From: Bdellovibrionales bacterium
GTDB lineage: Bacteria > Bdellovibrionota > Bdellovibrionia > Bdellovibrionales > UBA1609
Length of the DNA: 32,000 bases
Reading direction: 5' to 3'
Assembly (NCBI GenBank): GCA_965247685.1
Contig: OZ252021.1
Coordinates: 300,001 to 332,000 of the forward strand
A program made the position numbers and the translations under genes. The notes beneath the pieces were generated by a model, which was given only the letters and a program-made list of their open reading frames with translations, had not been told where the DNA came from and made no database searches. Below, piece after piece: positions 10,586 to 20,295 of this stretch; the stretch's first letter is position 1, and each line of letters opens with the position of its first letter.

Positions 10586-11038
10586 TTATTCAGATAAAGC
10601 TTTTTCGACTTGCAGAGCTTTTGTCATTTTATTGAGATCTAATTCTTTTTGAAGTTTTTCTATATCTTTTTTAGCTTTTTGAACTTTTGTAACATGAACT
10701 AAAGATGGAGAGATTGCGATTTTCATCAAATGAGAGAGAGCTGTCCCCACAGAAAGCTCCTCTTTAGAGTTTTGAACCAAGTCCTCATCAGAAGCAGTCG
10801 TTTTAGAAATAGAAGCAACACTTCTTGCTGATTTTGGAATCTGAACACCATTCAGATTTAACCTTTCTATATTGGAATAAGCTATATCTCGAAGCGGCTG
10901 AGTGGATTCTGAATGACGAATAAAATGAATTAAATAACCCTCTAATGTTCGACCTGCAATAGAGATTTGCAGTATCATCACAAGCATAATAGTCACAAAC
11001 AAACGAAAAACAAAATCTATCATCCTTAAAATAATCAC
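10586..11038 (-). CDS. hypothetical membrane-anchored protein with a charged, probably coiled-coil C-terminus
   Basis: 150-aa ORF with one N-terminal hydrophobic segment (FVFRLFVTIMLVMILQISIAG) and a K/E/L-rich tail (KVQKAKKDIEKLQKELDLNKMTKALQVEKALSE). It lies downstream of the groEL terminator. I recognise no family motif. Confidence 0.5.
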   Translation of the reverse strand: MIILRMIDFVFRLFVTIMLVMILQISIAGRTLEGYLIHFIRHSESTQPLRDIAYSNIERLNLNGVQIPKSARSVASISKTTASDEDLVQNSKEELSVGTALSHLMKIAISPSLVHVTKVQKAKKDIEKLQKELDLNKMTKALQVEKALSE

Positions 11039-11116
11039 TTAAACCCCTAAAATGAACTTAAAAGTAAACTTGAGATACCTATCTTCTATACTAACGGCTG
11101 GTTTTAAAGAAAAGTT

Positions 11117-11160
11117 AAATAAAAGCCCAGAGCGTTCCCACTCTGGGCTTTATTTTTTTT
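11117..11160 (-). terminator. rho-independent terminator downstream of groEL (symmetric, could act in both directions)
   Basis: 9-bp GC-containing stem AGCCCAGAG (11124-11132) pairing with CTCTGGGCT (11141-11149), 8-nt loop. A/T runs flank both sides. It sits 30 nt after the groEL stop. Confidence 0.75.
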
Positions 11161-11178
11161 AAGACTGAATTTTTCGAA

Positions 11179-12837
<1,659 letters not shown>

Positions 12838-13128
12838 TTAATTAAGAACACCAAAAATATCTTCTTCTCTCATCATGAGAAACTCTTCTCCTTCTATTTT
12901 AAATTCTGTACCTGCATATTTACGGAATAGCACCTCATCACCAGGTTTTACTTCTAACGGACGAACCTGACCGTCATCAGTCAGACGACCTCGACCGGTT
13001 GAGATAATTTTTCCTTTTTGGGGTTTTTCCTTAGCTGTATCGGGGATGATAATACCCCCTCTTGTTCTTTCTTCTTCAGCTAATTGTTTAACAATAACAT
13101 GATCGTGTAACGGGCGAATTTGTGACAT
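12838..13128 (-). CDS. groES: co-chaperonin GroES (Hsp10)
   Basis: 96 aa. [30 protein letters not shown] and the length are typical. It ends 18 nt upstream of groEL. Confidence 0.97.
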   Translation of the reverse strand: MSQIRPLHDHVIVKQLAEEERTRGGIIIPDTAKEKPQKGKIISTGRGRLTDDGQVRPLEVKPGDEVLFRKYAGTEFKIEGEEFLMMREEDIFGVLN

Positions 13129-13170
13129 TGCAAAACCTCCTTTAAATTATACAAAGTATTAAATTTTTCA

Positions 13171-13206
13171 TAATGTTATGTGAATAGTATCTGGAAGTTT
13201 GTCAAG
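13171..13206 (-). promoter_or_regulatory. possible groESL promoter (-35 CTTGACA)
   Basis: The minus strand reads CTTGACA at 13206..13200. The downstream -10 is poor (TCACAT/CATAAC region at 13182..13173). Weak match; the sigma factor is not assignable. No CIRCE inverted repeat is present in 13129-13326. Confidence 0.25.
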
Positions 13207-13326
13207 ACTATGAGTTAAAAAAGACCGCTTTAGACTGAAAAACTCTTATTTATCGGCCTTAATTTTAGTTTTTCACCCTTAAAACCCTGTTTTCAAAGAG
13301 GGATGTAAAGAGAATAATCAAGATTT

Positions 13327-13363
13327 CAAAAAAAAAAGCACCCTCAAGACAAGGGTGCTTTTT
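13327..13363 (-). terminator. rho-independent terminator of lipoprotein paralog 1
   Basis: Stem GCACCCT (13338-13344) pairing with AGGGTGC (13352-13358). An A-run on the plus strand gives a T-run on the minus strand, 30 nt past the stop. Same architecture as the terminators at 14251 and 15391. Confidence 0.8.
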
Positions 13364-13387
13364 GAAATTTATAATAAAGTGTTAGCT

Positions 13388-14044
13388 TTACAATTGCTTG
13401 TTGCAACTGATGTTTTCTCCTTCTGGAATATCCTCTAGAATGATTTGAGAAGTCTCTGAATCCAATGTAATTCGAGCGTTACTTGAACCACATTCACCTC
13501 GTTTACAAACATTAACTCTCTCTTCTCCTTCAAGATTTACAATCACTCTTATTGTGCGAGCATCCTTATTTGCAATAGATAAACAATCATTAGCCATCAA
13601 ATCTTCACTTTTCTCAGTTTCAAGTCCAACAGGTATAATAAACCAAGCTCTTGCTCTTCTTGTCTTCTCCACTTGAACTCCAATAGATAGATTATTCACT
13701 ATAACGAAACGATCTTCCATTGAAGATTCTGAAGATTCTGAGTCAATCGCTGAAGATTCTGCTTTCTCCTCCATATCTAAAACTCCACTCAACAGAGAAT
13801 CGAGTTCTCTTTGCTCTTGGGAGCCTTCTGCTAACTCTCTTCCTCTTGCTAACTCTCTTCCTCTTCTAGTGTCTTCTTCCGGAACACCACCTTCAGAAAC
13901 TTCCTCTACCTCAATGACTTCTCCCTCTGGGAGCTGTTGTAAATCTTTAGCACCTTTAGCACCTTTAGTATCTTTATCTGCCCCACACCCTATCAAAGCA
14001 AAAATAATAAAACCTGAAATTAACAAACTTCTTACTACATCCAT
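13388..14044 (-). CDS. lipoprotein paralog 1: signal peptide with lipobox, acidic linker, then a C-terminal 4-Cys domain of unknown family
   Basis: I trimmed the track ORF (13388..14086) to ATG 14044, which follows the RBS AAGGGGG plus 6 nt. The N-terminus MDVVRSLLISGFIIFALIGC has an L-I-G-C lipobox. An E/S/D-rich middle contains ELDSLLSGVLDM. The C-terminal ~100 aa carry four Cys residues. Confidence 0.75.
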   Translation of the reverse strand: MDVVRSLLISGFIIFALIGCGADKDTKGAKGAKDLQQLPEGEVIEVEEVSEGGVPEEDTRRGRELARGRELAEGSQEQRELDSLLSGVLDMEEKAESSAIDSESSESSMEDRFVIVNNLSIGVQVEKTRRARAWFIIPVGLETEKSEDLMANDCLSIANKDARTIRVIVNLEGEERVNVCKRGECGSSNARITLDSETSQIILEDIPEGENISCNKQL

Positions 14045-14368
14045 CACAAACCCCCTTAATTTTATCAACGTGACTTTCACACACAATAGTTATGACACTT
14101 TTGATGTCATTTAATAAGCTTTCTTTTCCAAATTACCATATTTGTTGATCGACCTCAATAAACCCATTAGTCAGTATTTGACTTAAGATATCCCGAGTGA
14201 ACCTATTTAATTTCAAAACTGTGTATATGACGAAAAAAACACACTGCTCCAAAAAAAAGCACCTTCTTTTACAAAGGTGCTTTTAGGATAATCTTAATCT
14301 AAAATAAATAACTCAACTCGTCAGTATTTTCTGACGACTATGCTTTTCCTGAGCTTATTCCTCAACCT
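13986..14368. repeat. duplicated inter-gene module, copy A (~380 bp)
   Basis: By eye about nine in ten positions match 15129-15508, at an offset of ~1140-1143 bp. The module spans the signal-peptide codons, RBS, a ~165-bp leader, the terminator, the GTCAG..CTGAC hairpin and the last codons of the next gene upstream. Confidence 0.85.
14251..14285 (-). terminator. rho-independent terminator of lipoprotein paralog 2
   Basis: Stem GCACCTT (14259-14265) pairing with AAGGTGC (14274-14280). The A8 run on the plus strand gives a T-run on the minus strand. Identical to 15391-15425. Confidence 0.8.
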
Positions 14369-15187
14369 CTTCAATTCCCTTAACTTCAATTCTTCATCAT
14401 CCACAACAGGAAATTGAACACCTCTCGAATATCCAGCGTCTTTAAAAATGGAATCAAATATAGACTCCTCGAGCTTTTCTGCTTTCTCCTGCATATCTAA
14501 AACTCCACCTAGCAAAGAATCGAGCTCTCCTTACTCTTGAGATCCGGAGTCTTTTGCTAACTCTCCACTCTTTTTAGTTTCTTTGGAGCCTTCTGAAGAT
14601 TCTGCTTTCTCCAGCATATCTAAAAATCTATTCAACAGAGAATCGAGCTCTCCTTGCTCTTCTGCTTCCTTCAGCATATCTAAAACTCCACTCAACAGAG
14701 AATCAAGCCCTCTTTGCTCTTGAGATCCAGAGTCTTTTGCTAACTCTCCACTCTTTTTAGTTTCTTTGGAGCCTTCTGAAGATTCTGCTTCCTCCAGCAT
14801 ATCTAAAACTCCACTCAACAGAGAATCAAGCCCTCTTTGCTCTTGAGATCCAGAGTCTTTTGCTAACTCTCCACTCTTTTTAGTTTCTTTGGAGCCTTCT
14901 GAAGATTCTACTTCCTCCTGCATATCTAAAATTTCACCTAGCAGAGGATCGAGCTCTCCTTGCTCTTGAGATCCGGAGTCTTTTTCTACTAACCCTCCAC
15001 TCTTTTTAGGTTCTTTGGAGCTAGGCTCATCACTGTCTCCCAGAGCACATTCGGAAACTCCCTCTCCCACAGTGACTTCTCCCTTTGGTTGCTGTTGTGA
15101 ATCTCCAGCATCTTCATCTGAGCCTCCACAACCTATCAAAGCAAAAATAATAAAACCTGAAATTAATAAACTTCTTACTATATCCAC
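14321..15187 (-). pseudogene. lipoprotein paralog 2, interrupted by an in-frame TAA and lacking the 4-Cys domain (probable decaying copy)
   Basis: GTG 15187 follows AGGAGG plus 6 nt. The N-terminus (M)DIVRSLLISGFIIFALIGC is nearly identical to paralog 1. Track ORFs 14531..15229 and 14321..14515 are in the same frame and are separated only by TAA at 14533..14531. At that position the sister repeats read CAA (SQEQGELD versus SQE*GELD). The 3' tail is homologous at DNA level to the paralog 3 end but is read in a different frame. Confidence 0.7.
14462..15022 (-). repeat. 123-bp (41-codon) tandem coding repeats, about 4.5 units
   Basis: The unit encodes SEGSKETKKSGELAKDSGSQEQRGLDSLLSGVLDMLEEAES. 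Landmark CTCCACTC recurs at 14746 and 14869, exactly 123 nt apart, and those two units are almost identical at nucleotide level. One half-length unit is present (EQGELDSLLNRFLDMLEKAES). Confidence 0.9.
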
Positions 15188-15508
15188 CACAAACCTCCTG
15201 AATTTTATCAACGTGACTTTCACCCACAAGAGTGTGATACTTGTGATGTCATTTAATAAGCTTTCTTTTCTAAATCACCATATTTGTTGATCGACCTCAA
15301 TAAGCCCGTTAGTCAGTATTTGACTTAAGATATCCCGAGTGAACCTATTTAATTTCAAAATTGTATATGACGGGAAAAACACACTGCTCCAAAAAAAAGC
15401 ACCTTCTTTTACAAAGGTGCTTTTAGAATCATCTTAATCTAAAATAAATAACTCGTCAGTATTTTCTGACGACTATGCTTTTTTTCCTGAGCTTATTCCT
15501 CACTATCT
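15129..15508. repeat. duplicated inter-gene module, copy B (~380 bp)
   Basis: Partner of 13986-14368; see that entry. Confidence 0.85.
15391..15425 (-). terminator. rho-independent terminator of lipoprotein paralog 3
   Basis: Stem GCACCTT (15399-15405) pairing with AAGGTGC (15414-15420), with a T-run on the minus strand. A second small hairpin TCGTCAG/CTGACGA lies at 15453-15472. Confidence 0.8.
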
Positions 15509-15999
15509 TCACTATCACTATCTTCACTACCACAATTCAACTCCTCACCTTCGGCAACAAGATCCATAGAAAATCGACGCACTTCCACTTCTCCTCCATC
15601 GCTTGTAATCTTAGAGTTACCACTCAACATGCACTTATTAGATTCATCACCACAAATTATTCTTTCTGACTCGAACTGCACTTTTACGTTAGCAGCGTCT
15701 GTAGAAACGACAGAATGACATTTGCTACTTTCCAGAGTAGTAGATTCTTCACCAATCATGATAATCACAGGAGTTCTTAAGCCATTTTTTATTTTAAATG
15801 AAACTATCTCTCCTGCTCCTGCTTCTCCTTTATCTCCTTCTCCTTTATCTCCTTCTCCTTTATCTTCTTCTCCACCTGTAGGAGCTGGGTCAGAGGGATT
15901 CGGTTCACCCTTCTTATCGTCACCATCTTCCCAAACACATCCAGCTAAAACAAAAGTAATTAAACTTACAACTAACAAACTTCTTAGTATCTTCATCAT
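15493..15999 (-). CDS. lipoprotein paralog 3: lipobox, G/E/D/K repeat linker, then a C-terminal 4-Cys domain
   Basis: 168 aa. MMKILRSLLVVSLITFVLAGC has an L-A-G-C lipobox, with a GAGGTG RBS. The linker reads GGEEDKGEGDKGEGDKGEAGAGE. The C-terminal domain has four Cys spaced much as in paralog 1, followed by an acidic SEDSDSEDSEE tail. Confidence 0.8.
   Translation of the reverse strand: MMKILRSLLVVSLITFVLAGCVWEDGDDKKGEPNPSDPAPTGGEEDKGEGDKGEGDKGEAGAGEIVSFKIKNGLRTPVIIMIGEESTTLESSKCHSVVSTDAANVKVQFESERIICGDESNKCMLSGNSKITSDGGEVEVRRFSMDLVAEGEELNCGSEDSDSEDSEE
15823..15867 (-). repeat. 3 x 15-bp tandem coding repeat, (GDKGE)x3
   Basis: The plus-strand unit TTCTCCTTTATCTCC occurs at 15823, 15838 and 15853, with one mismatch in the last unit. 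Confidence 0.85.
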
Positions 16000-16274
16000 A
16001 ATAACACCTCTTGATCAAAATATTTTATTAACAACTCATCCAAGGTTATTATGAGATACAATGGCTGTCAACAGGGATATCTTTTGCAAAAACTCAAGTG
16101 AATTGAAAATAAAAACCTAAACTTTAGTCTTAACTTATTAAACTATAACAAGTTGTTTTCCTTTATAACCCTTAGAGTTATTTTCAAAAATGAAAAAATA
16201 ATTTAGAAATAGTGTCTAAATAATAAATAATTAAAAGTTAAAACGTTTTTCATTTAATCCACTTAGAGGATATT

Positions 16275-17036
16275 TTAAGTCGTTTTTGAAACCTGAGAAA
16301 TACCTAAAGCCAAAGAAATAGAGAGGTTATAACTGCCCGTTTCAGATTGTTGAGGGATATATAGAGCTTTATCACACATTTTTTTAGTTTTAGTTTTTAA
16401 ACCTCTAGATTCAGAACCTGCAACCAATATTGTTTTTTTGTGAAAAACTTCTTCCCAAAGTAGATCCGTACCATGAACATCTAAGCCATAAATCCAATAA
16501 CCATCTTTCTTCATACTTTGCATCCATTGATAAGGATGTTGTAAAAATTGCACAGGAACATGTTCGGCGCCTCCTGAAGCAGACTTGCATACCGAAGCTG
16601 AAAGGTGGTGCATAGAATTTCTTGTGTCTGGTAAAAAAATTCCATGAACTCCCATTAACCATGAAGTTCTGATGATAGAACCTAAGTTTCTTGGATCTTC
16701 AAGTCCATCAATAAAAACAAAAGTTACAGAATGAAGCCCTGACACTTGAGCTGTTGGACTCTCCTCCACAATCAAGGCTACGCCTTGATGATTTTCCCCC
16801 CATGAAAAAAGTTGATCTCGAGTTTGTTCTATTAAATCAATCCGAAAGCGCCTGGACTGTTCTACTATCCATTTTAAATCTTTGTTCCGACTCCAATTTT
16901 TTTGAAGATATATCGATCGGATTTTCTTCGGACGCACCTTTAAAGTTTCCATACAAGAATGAAGACCCATCACTTTACGAAGGGGAGATCTCTTGGAGTG
17001 AAATCTTTTTTGAAACTTTTTTTTGGACACAGGCAT
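16275..17036 (-). CDS. SpoU/TrmH-family RNA 2'-O-methyltransferase (RlmB-like)
   Basis: 253 aa. Motifs DGLEDPRNLGSIIRTSWLMGVHGIFLP, ILVAGSESRGL and SYNLSISLAL (the SPOUT knot). The N-terminal basic extension may not be translated; an alternative start is Met23 at 16970. Confidence 0.85.
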   Translation of the reverse strand: MPVSKKKFQKRFHSKRSPLRKVMGLHSCMETLKVRPKKIRSIYLQKNWSRNKDLKWIVEQSRRFRIDLIEQTRDQLFSWGENHQGVALIVEESPTAQVSGLHSVTFVFIDGLEDPRNLGSIIRTSWLMGVHGIFLPDTRNSMHHLSASVCKSASGGAEHVPVQFLQHPYQWMQSMKKDGYWIYGLDVHGTDLLWEEVFHKKTILVAGSESRGLKTKTKKMCDKALYIPQQSETGSYNLSISLALGISQVSKTT

Positions 17037-17081
17037 AACCTTTAACTCCTATTGATAATCAAATAACAATTCTTTTTAGAA

Positions 17082-17747
17082 TCAAAACTTAATCTGACTA
17101 AGCAAAGCCACTGGATCATTAGAGTGTAAAAGAGAACGTCCCATCACTAAAGCTGATGCTCCCTGCTGAAGAGCAAATTCTGGAGTGGACACTCGTACTT
17201 GATCATCATTTCTTAAGACACCTTTTTCTGAATGAGAAACTCGAATTCCTGGAGTCACAATAAATAAATCTGGATATTTTTTCTTCAACGCTTGAACTTC
17301 ATAAGGTGAAGCTACAAGTCCTCTTAAGCCGCTGGCATAAATCACATCTGTCATTTTCATCACATCTTCTTTAGTTGCCTCTTGGCTTGTTAGAACAGTA
17401 ACTGCCAGCACTTGACCTTTATAATCTTTTTCAACTTGAGCTAATCGGCTCAGTGCCTGAGCTCCTGCTTGAGCATGAACAGTGACATACCGAGCTCCTA
17501 TTTCAAAACAAGCACGCACAGAGGCTTCCATAGTCGATGGAATATCGTAAAATTTAAAATCTATAAAAACACTGCCCCACTGAGAAATTTCTTTAATTAA
17601 AGAATTTCCAAAACGAAAATATAAACGAGGGCCCACTTTAAATCCTAAAACATAAGAGCTTAAACTCTTTGCTAAAGATAAAGCTTCTTTTTGATCATCT
17701 ACATCTAATGCGGCAAAAACCGGAGCTTTATTTAAAGTCTTCCCCAT
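17082..17747 (-). CDS. pyrF: orotidine 5'-phosphate decarboxylase
   Basis: 221 aa. Motifs FAALDV, FIDFKFYDIPSTM and LAVTVLTS, with a typical length. Confidence 0.9.
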   Translation of the reverse strand: MGKTLNKAPVFAALDVDDQKEALSLAKSLSSYVLGFKVGPRLYFRFGNSLIKEISQWGSVFIDFKFYDIPSTMEASVRACFEIGARYVTVHAQAGAQALSRLAQVEKDYKGQVLAVTVLTSQEATKEDVMKMTDVIYASGLRGLVASPYEVQALKKKYPDLFIVTPGIRVSHSEKGVLRNDDQVRVSTPEFALQQGASALVMGRSLLHSNDPVALLSQIKF

Positions 17748-17758
17748 ACCGTCCCAAC

Positions 17759-19462
17759 TTAGTGAGTCAACAAATTATCCGATGGAATAGAGTTTAAAAG
17801 TTCCTTCGTGTAAGAATGTTGAGGGTTGGAATAAATCTGATCGGAGCTATTTTGCTCAACAATTTTCCCCCTGTACATTACAATAACTTCATCAGACATA
17901 AATTTAACAACACTCAAATCGTGAGAAATAAAAATGTAAGTTAGATTAAGATTGTCTTGCAAATCCAACAACAGATTTAAAATCTGGGCTTGGATAGAAA
18001 CATCTAAGGCAGAAACGGATTCATCACAGATAATAAATTCAGGCTCCACGGCTAAAGCACGAGCAATACAAATCCTTTGCCTTTGCCCTCCGCTAAATTC
18101 ATGCGGATAACGATTGATCATATTAGAACTTAGACCTACTTTTTCAAGCAAGTTCACCACACGATCCCATCGATCTTTATTATTTTCACCCAACTGATGA
18201 ATAATCATCGGCTCTAAAATAGCAGAACCTATCGTCATTCTTGGATTGAGAGAAGCATAGGGATCTTGGAAAATAATCTGCATTTTTTTCCTCAGAGCAC
18301 GCATTTGTTTAAAATTCAAATCCAAAATATTTTGATCACCATAAAGCACTTGACCTGAAGAAGGCTCCATCAATCTTAGAATTGTTCGACCTAAGGTTGT
18401 CTTTCCGCAACCCGATTCTCCGACTAAACCTAAGGTAGAACCTTTAACCACTTGAAAAGAAACATCATCTACAGCCTTCAAAAAAGATCGAACTTGTCCA
18501 AAAATATTTTTTTGCAAAGGGAAACTTTTACTTAAAGATTTTACTTTCAATAAAATAGGATTCTTGGATAAGTTTTTCTCTTTTTTCGACTCGACAGCAG
18601 AAGACTTCACAGCTCCATTATTTTCTTGAGAACCTATAAAATCAGAAATAGTCTTCAAACGACGACTTGTGGTCGTCAATCTTGGGCGACAAGCCAACAA
18701 ACCTTGAGTATAAGGGTGTTCGGCTTGAGTAAAAATTTGTTTCACTGGTTTCAATTCCACTCCTTTTCCAGATTGCATCACAAGGACATCATCAGCCATA
18801 TCCGCCACCACGCTTAAATCGTGTGTAATGAATAAAATGCTCATCTGATATTGCTTTTGCAAATCTTTTAAAAGCTCTAATATTTGTTTTTGAATCGTAA
18901 CATCCAAAGCCGTTGTAGGTTCATCTGCAATGAGGAGTTCCGGACTGCATGCAATAGCCATAGCAATCATTACACGTTGCCTTTGCCCCCCGCTAAACTC
19001 ATGGGGATAAGCAGAAATTCTTTTTTCAGGCTCCTTAATACCCACCTTGTCCAGCAGATCAATAGTTGTCACACGAGCTTCAGCTTTAGAAAGTTTTCTA
19101 TGAAGAATTAAAGCTTCAGCAATCTGGTTGCCAATGGTAAAAACAGGATTTAAGCTCGTCATAGGTTCTTGAAAGATCATAGAGATTTTATTTCCTCTGA
19201 TCTTTCTCATTTCTGCTTCATTGAATCCGATAAGATTTTTATTATGAAAAAGAATTTCTCCTTGAGTGATTTTTCCAGGAGGATTAGGGATTAATTTCAT
19301 TAGACTTAAAGCCGTCACACTTTTACCAGAACCCGACTCACCTACAAGCCCTAAGGTTTTCCCTTTAGGTATCTTGAAGGATAAAGAAGACACAGCATTC
19401 ACCAAACCAGATCCTGTCTGAAAATCGATAGATAAATTATTAACTTCTAAAAGATGAGACAT
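17759..19462 (-). CDS. yejF: peptide-type ABC importer ATPase with two fused ABC domains (YejF-like)
   Basis: 567 aa. Two Walker A motifs ([16 protein letters not shown]), two signatures (FSGGQRQR twice) and two Walker B motifs ([24 protein letters not shown]). The stop lies 11 nt before the pyrF start. Confidence 0.85.
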   Translation of the reverse strand: MSHLLEVNNLSIDFQTGSGLVNAVSSLSFKIPKGKTLGLVGESGSGKSVTALSLMKLIPNPPGKITQGEILFHNKNLIGFNEAEMRKIRGNKISMIFQEPMTSLNPVFTIGNQIAEALILHRKLSKAEARVTTIDLLDKVGIKEPEKRISAYPHEFSGGQRQRVMIAMAIACSPELLIADEPTTALDVTIQKQILELLKDLQKQYQMSILFITHDLSVVADMADDVLVMQSGKGVELKPVKQIFTQAEHPYTQGLLACRPRLTTTSRRLKTISDFIGSQENNGAVKSSAVESKKEKNLSKNPILLKVKSLSKSFPLQKNIFGQVRSFLKAVDDVSFQVVKGSTLGLVGESGCGKTTLGRTILRLMEPSSGQVLYGDQNILDLNFKQMRALRKKMQIIFQDPYASLNPRMTIGSAILEPMIIHQLGENNKDRWDRVVNLLEKVGLSSNMINRYPHEFSGGQRQRICIARALAVEPEFIICDESVSALDVSIQAQILNLLLDLQDNLNLTYIFISHDLSVVKFMSDEVIVMYRGKIVEQNSSDQIYSNPQHSYTKELLNSIPSDNLLTH

Positions 19463-19600
19463 GATAAACCTCTTTATTTTTTATGAACTAAAAAAACTCA
19501 AGACTCAACTTGTTTTTTAATTATTTCTAATATTTTTCAATTTGTAAATACATAAGTTTTGACTCTAAAGAATAGAATTGTTAGAGAAAAGCCCTGATGG

Positions 19601-20284
19601 ATGAAAAGAATAAGGCCATATATGAATGAATCTAAAAGAAAATACTATGACAACACTTTCGGAAAAGAAGACCCTATCTTAAAGTCCATTCGCCATCAAG
19701 CCATTCAAGATAATGTAGAGTTTATGCAACTCAACCCCGCAGATGCCCACATTTTGCAGTTTCTCACTCAACTTTCCAAAAGCCGAAAGGCCGTGGAAAT
19801 TGGAGGACTTTATGGATACTCCACTCTTCATATTGCACGAGGACTGCACCCTGAAGGGAAGCTCTTTTCACTAGATATAGATATTGAAAGACAAAAAAAA
19901 GCTCAAAAATTAATTGATAAGGACCCTTGTTCTTCAAAAATTCAATGGATTCACGGCAATGCTCATGACACTTTGAACACACTCACTGGGCCTTTTGAGC
20001 TTGTTTTTATTGATGCTGAGAAATCAGGTTACCTTCAGTACCTCCAATGGGCTGAAGAAAATCTTCAAAAAGGGGGACTTTTAATTGCAGACAATACTTT
20101 TTTGTTTGACACTTTATTTACAGATGAACCCGCATTGACTCCCTTAAAAAAACAACACGCCGTTTCTAATCAAAGTATAAAAGTTTTAAAAACTTTTAAT
20201 CAAAAAATTAGTTCTACATCTCTTTGGAAAGGAGCTATGATTCCAACAGAAGATGGAATAGGTGTAGCTATTAAACTTCAATAA
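19601..20284 (+). CDS. class I SAM-dependent O-methyltransferase (caffeoyl-CoA OMT/YrrM-like)
   Basis: 227 aa. Motifs AVEIGGLYGYSTL, LFSLDID, VFIDAEKSGYLQY and GGLLIADNTF. An alternative start is ATG 19622. Confidence 0.8.
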   Translation: MKRIRPYMNESKRKYYDNTFGKEDPILKSIRHQAIQDNVEFMQLNPADAHILQFLTQLSKSRKAVEIGGLYGYSTLHIARGLHPEGKLFSLDIDIERQKKAQKLIDKDPCSSKIQWIHGNAHDTLNTLTGPFELVFIDAEKSGYLQYLQWAEENLQKGGLLIADNTFLFDTLFTDEPALTPLKKQHAVSNQSIKVLKTFNQKISSTSLWKGAMIPTEDGIGVAIKLQ

Positions 20285-20295
20285 GGTTTGAAAAA

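Noticed and set aside
14045-14086. N-terminal 14-codon extensions of the track ORFs for lipoprotein paralogs 1 and 2 (also 15188-15229)
   Set aside because: The extensions begin at non-ATG codons with no RBS and would bury the signal peptide. A strong AGGAGG/AAGGGGG box sits 6 nt before the internal ATG/GTG, so I trimmed the starts.
13869-16054. Plus-strand ORFs 13869-14114, 15015-15290 and 15722-16054, S/P-rich, opposite the lipoprotein genes
   Set aside because: They mirror the acidic, repeat-rich minus-strand coding sequence and have no start context. The minus-strand frames carry lipoboxes, RBSs and terminators, which explains the region better.
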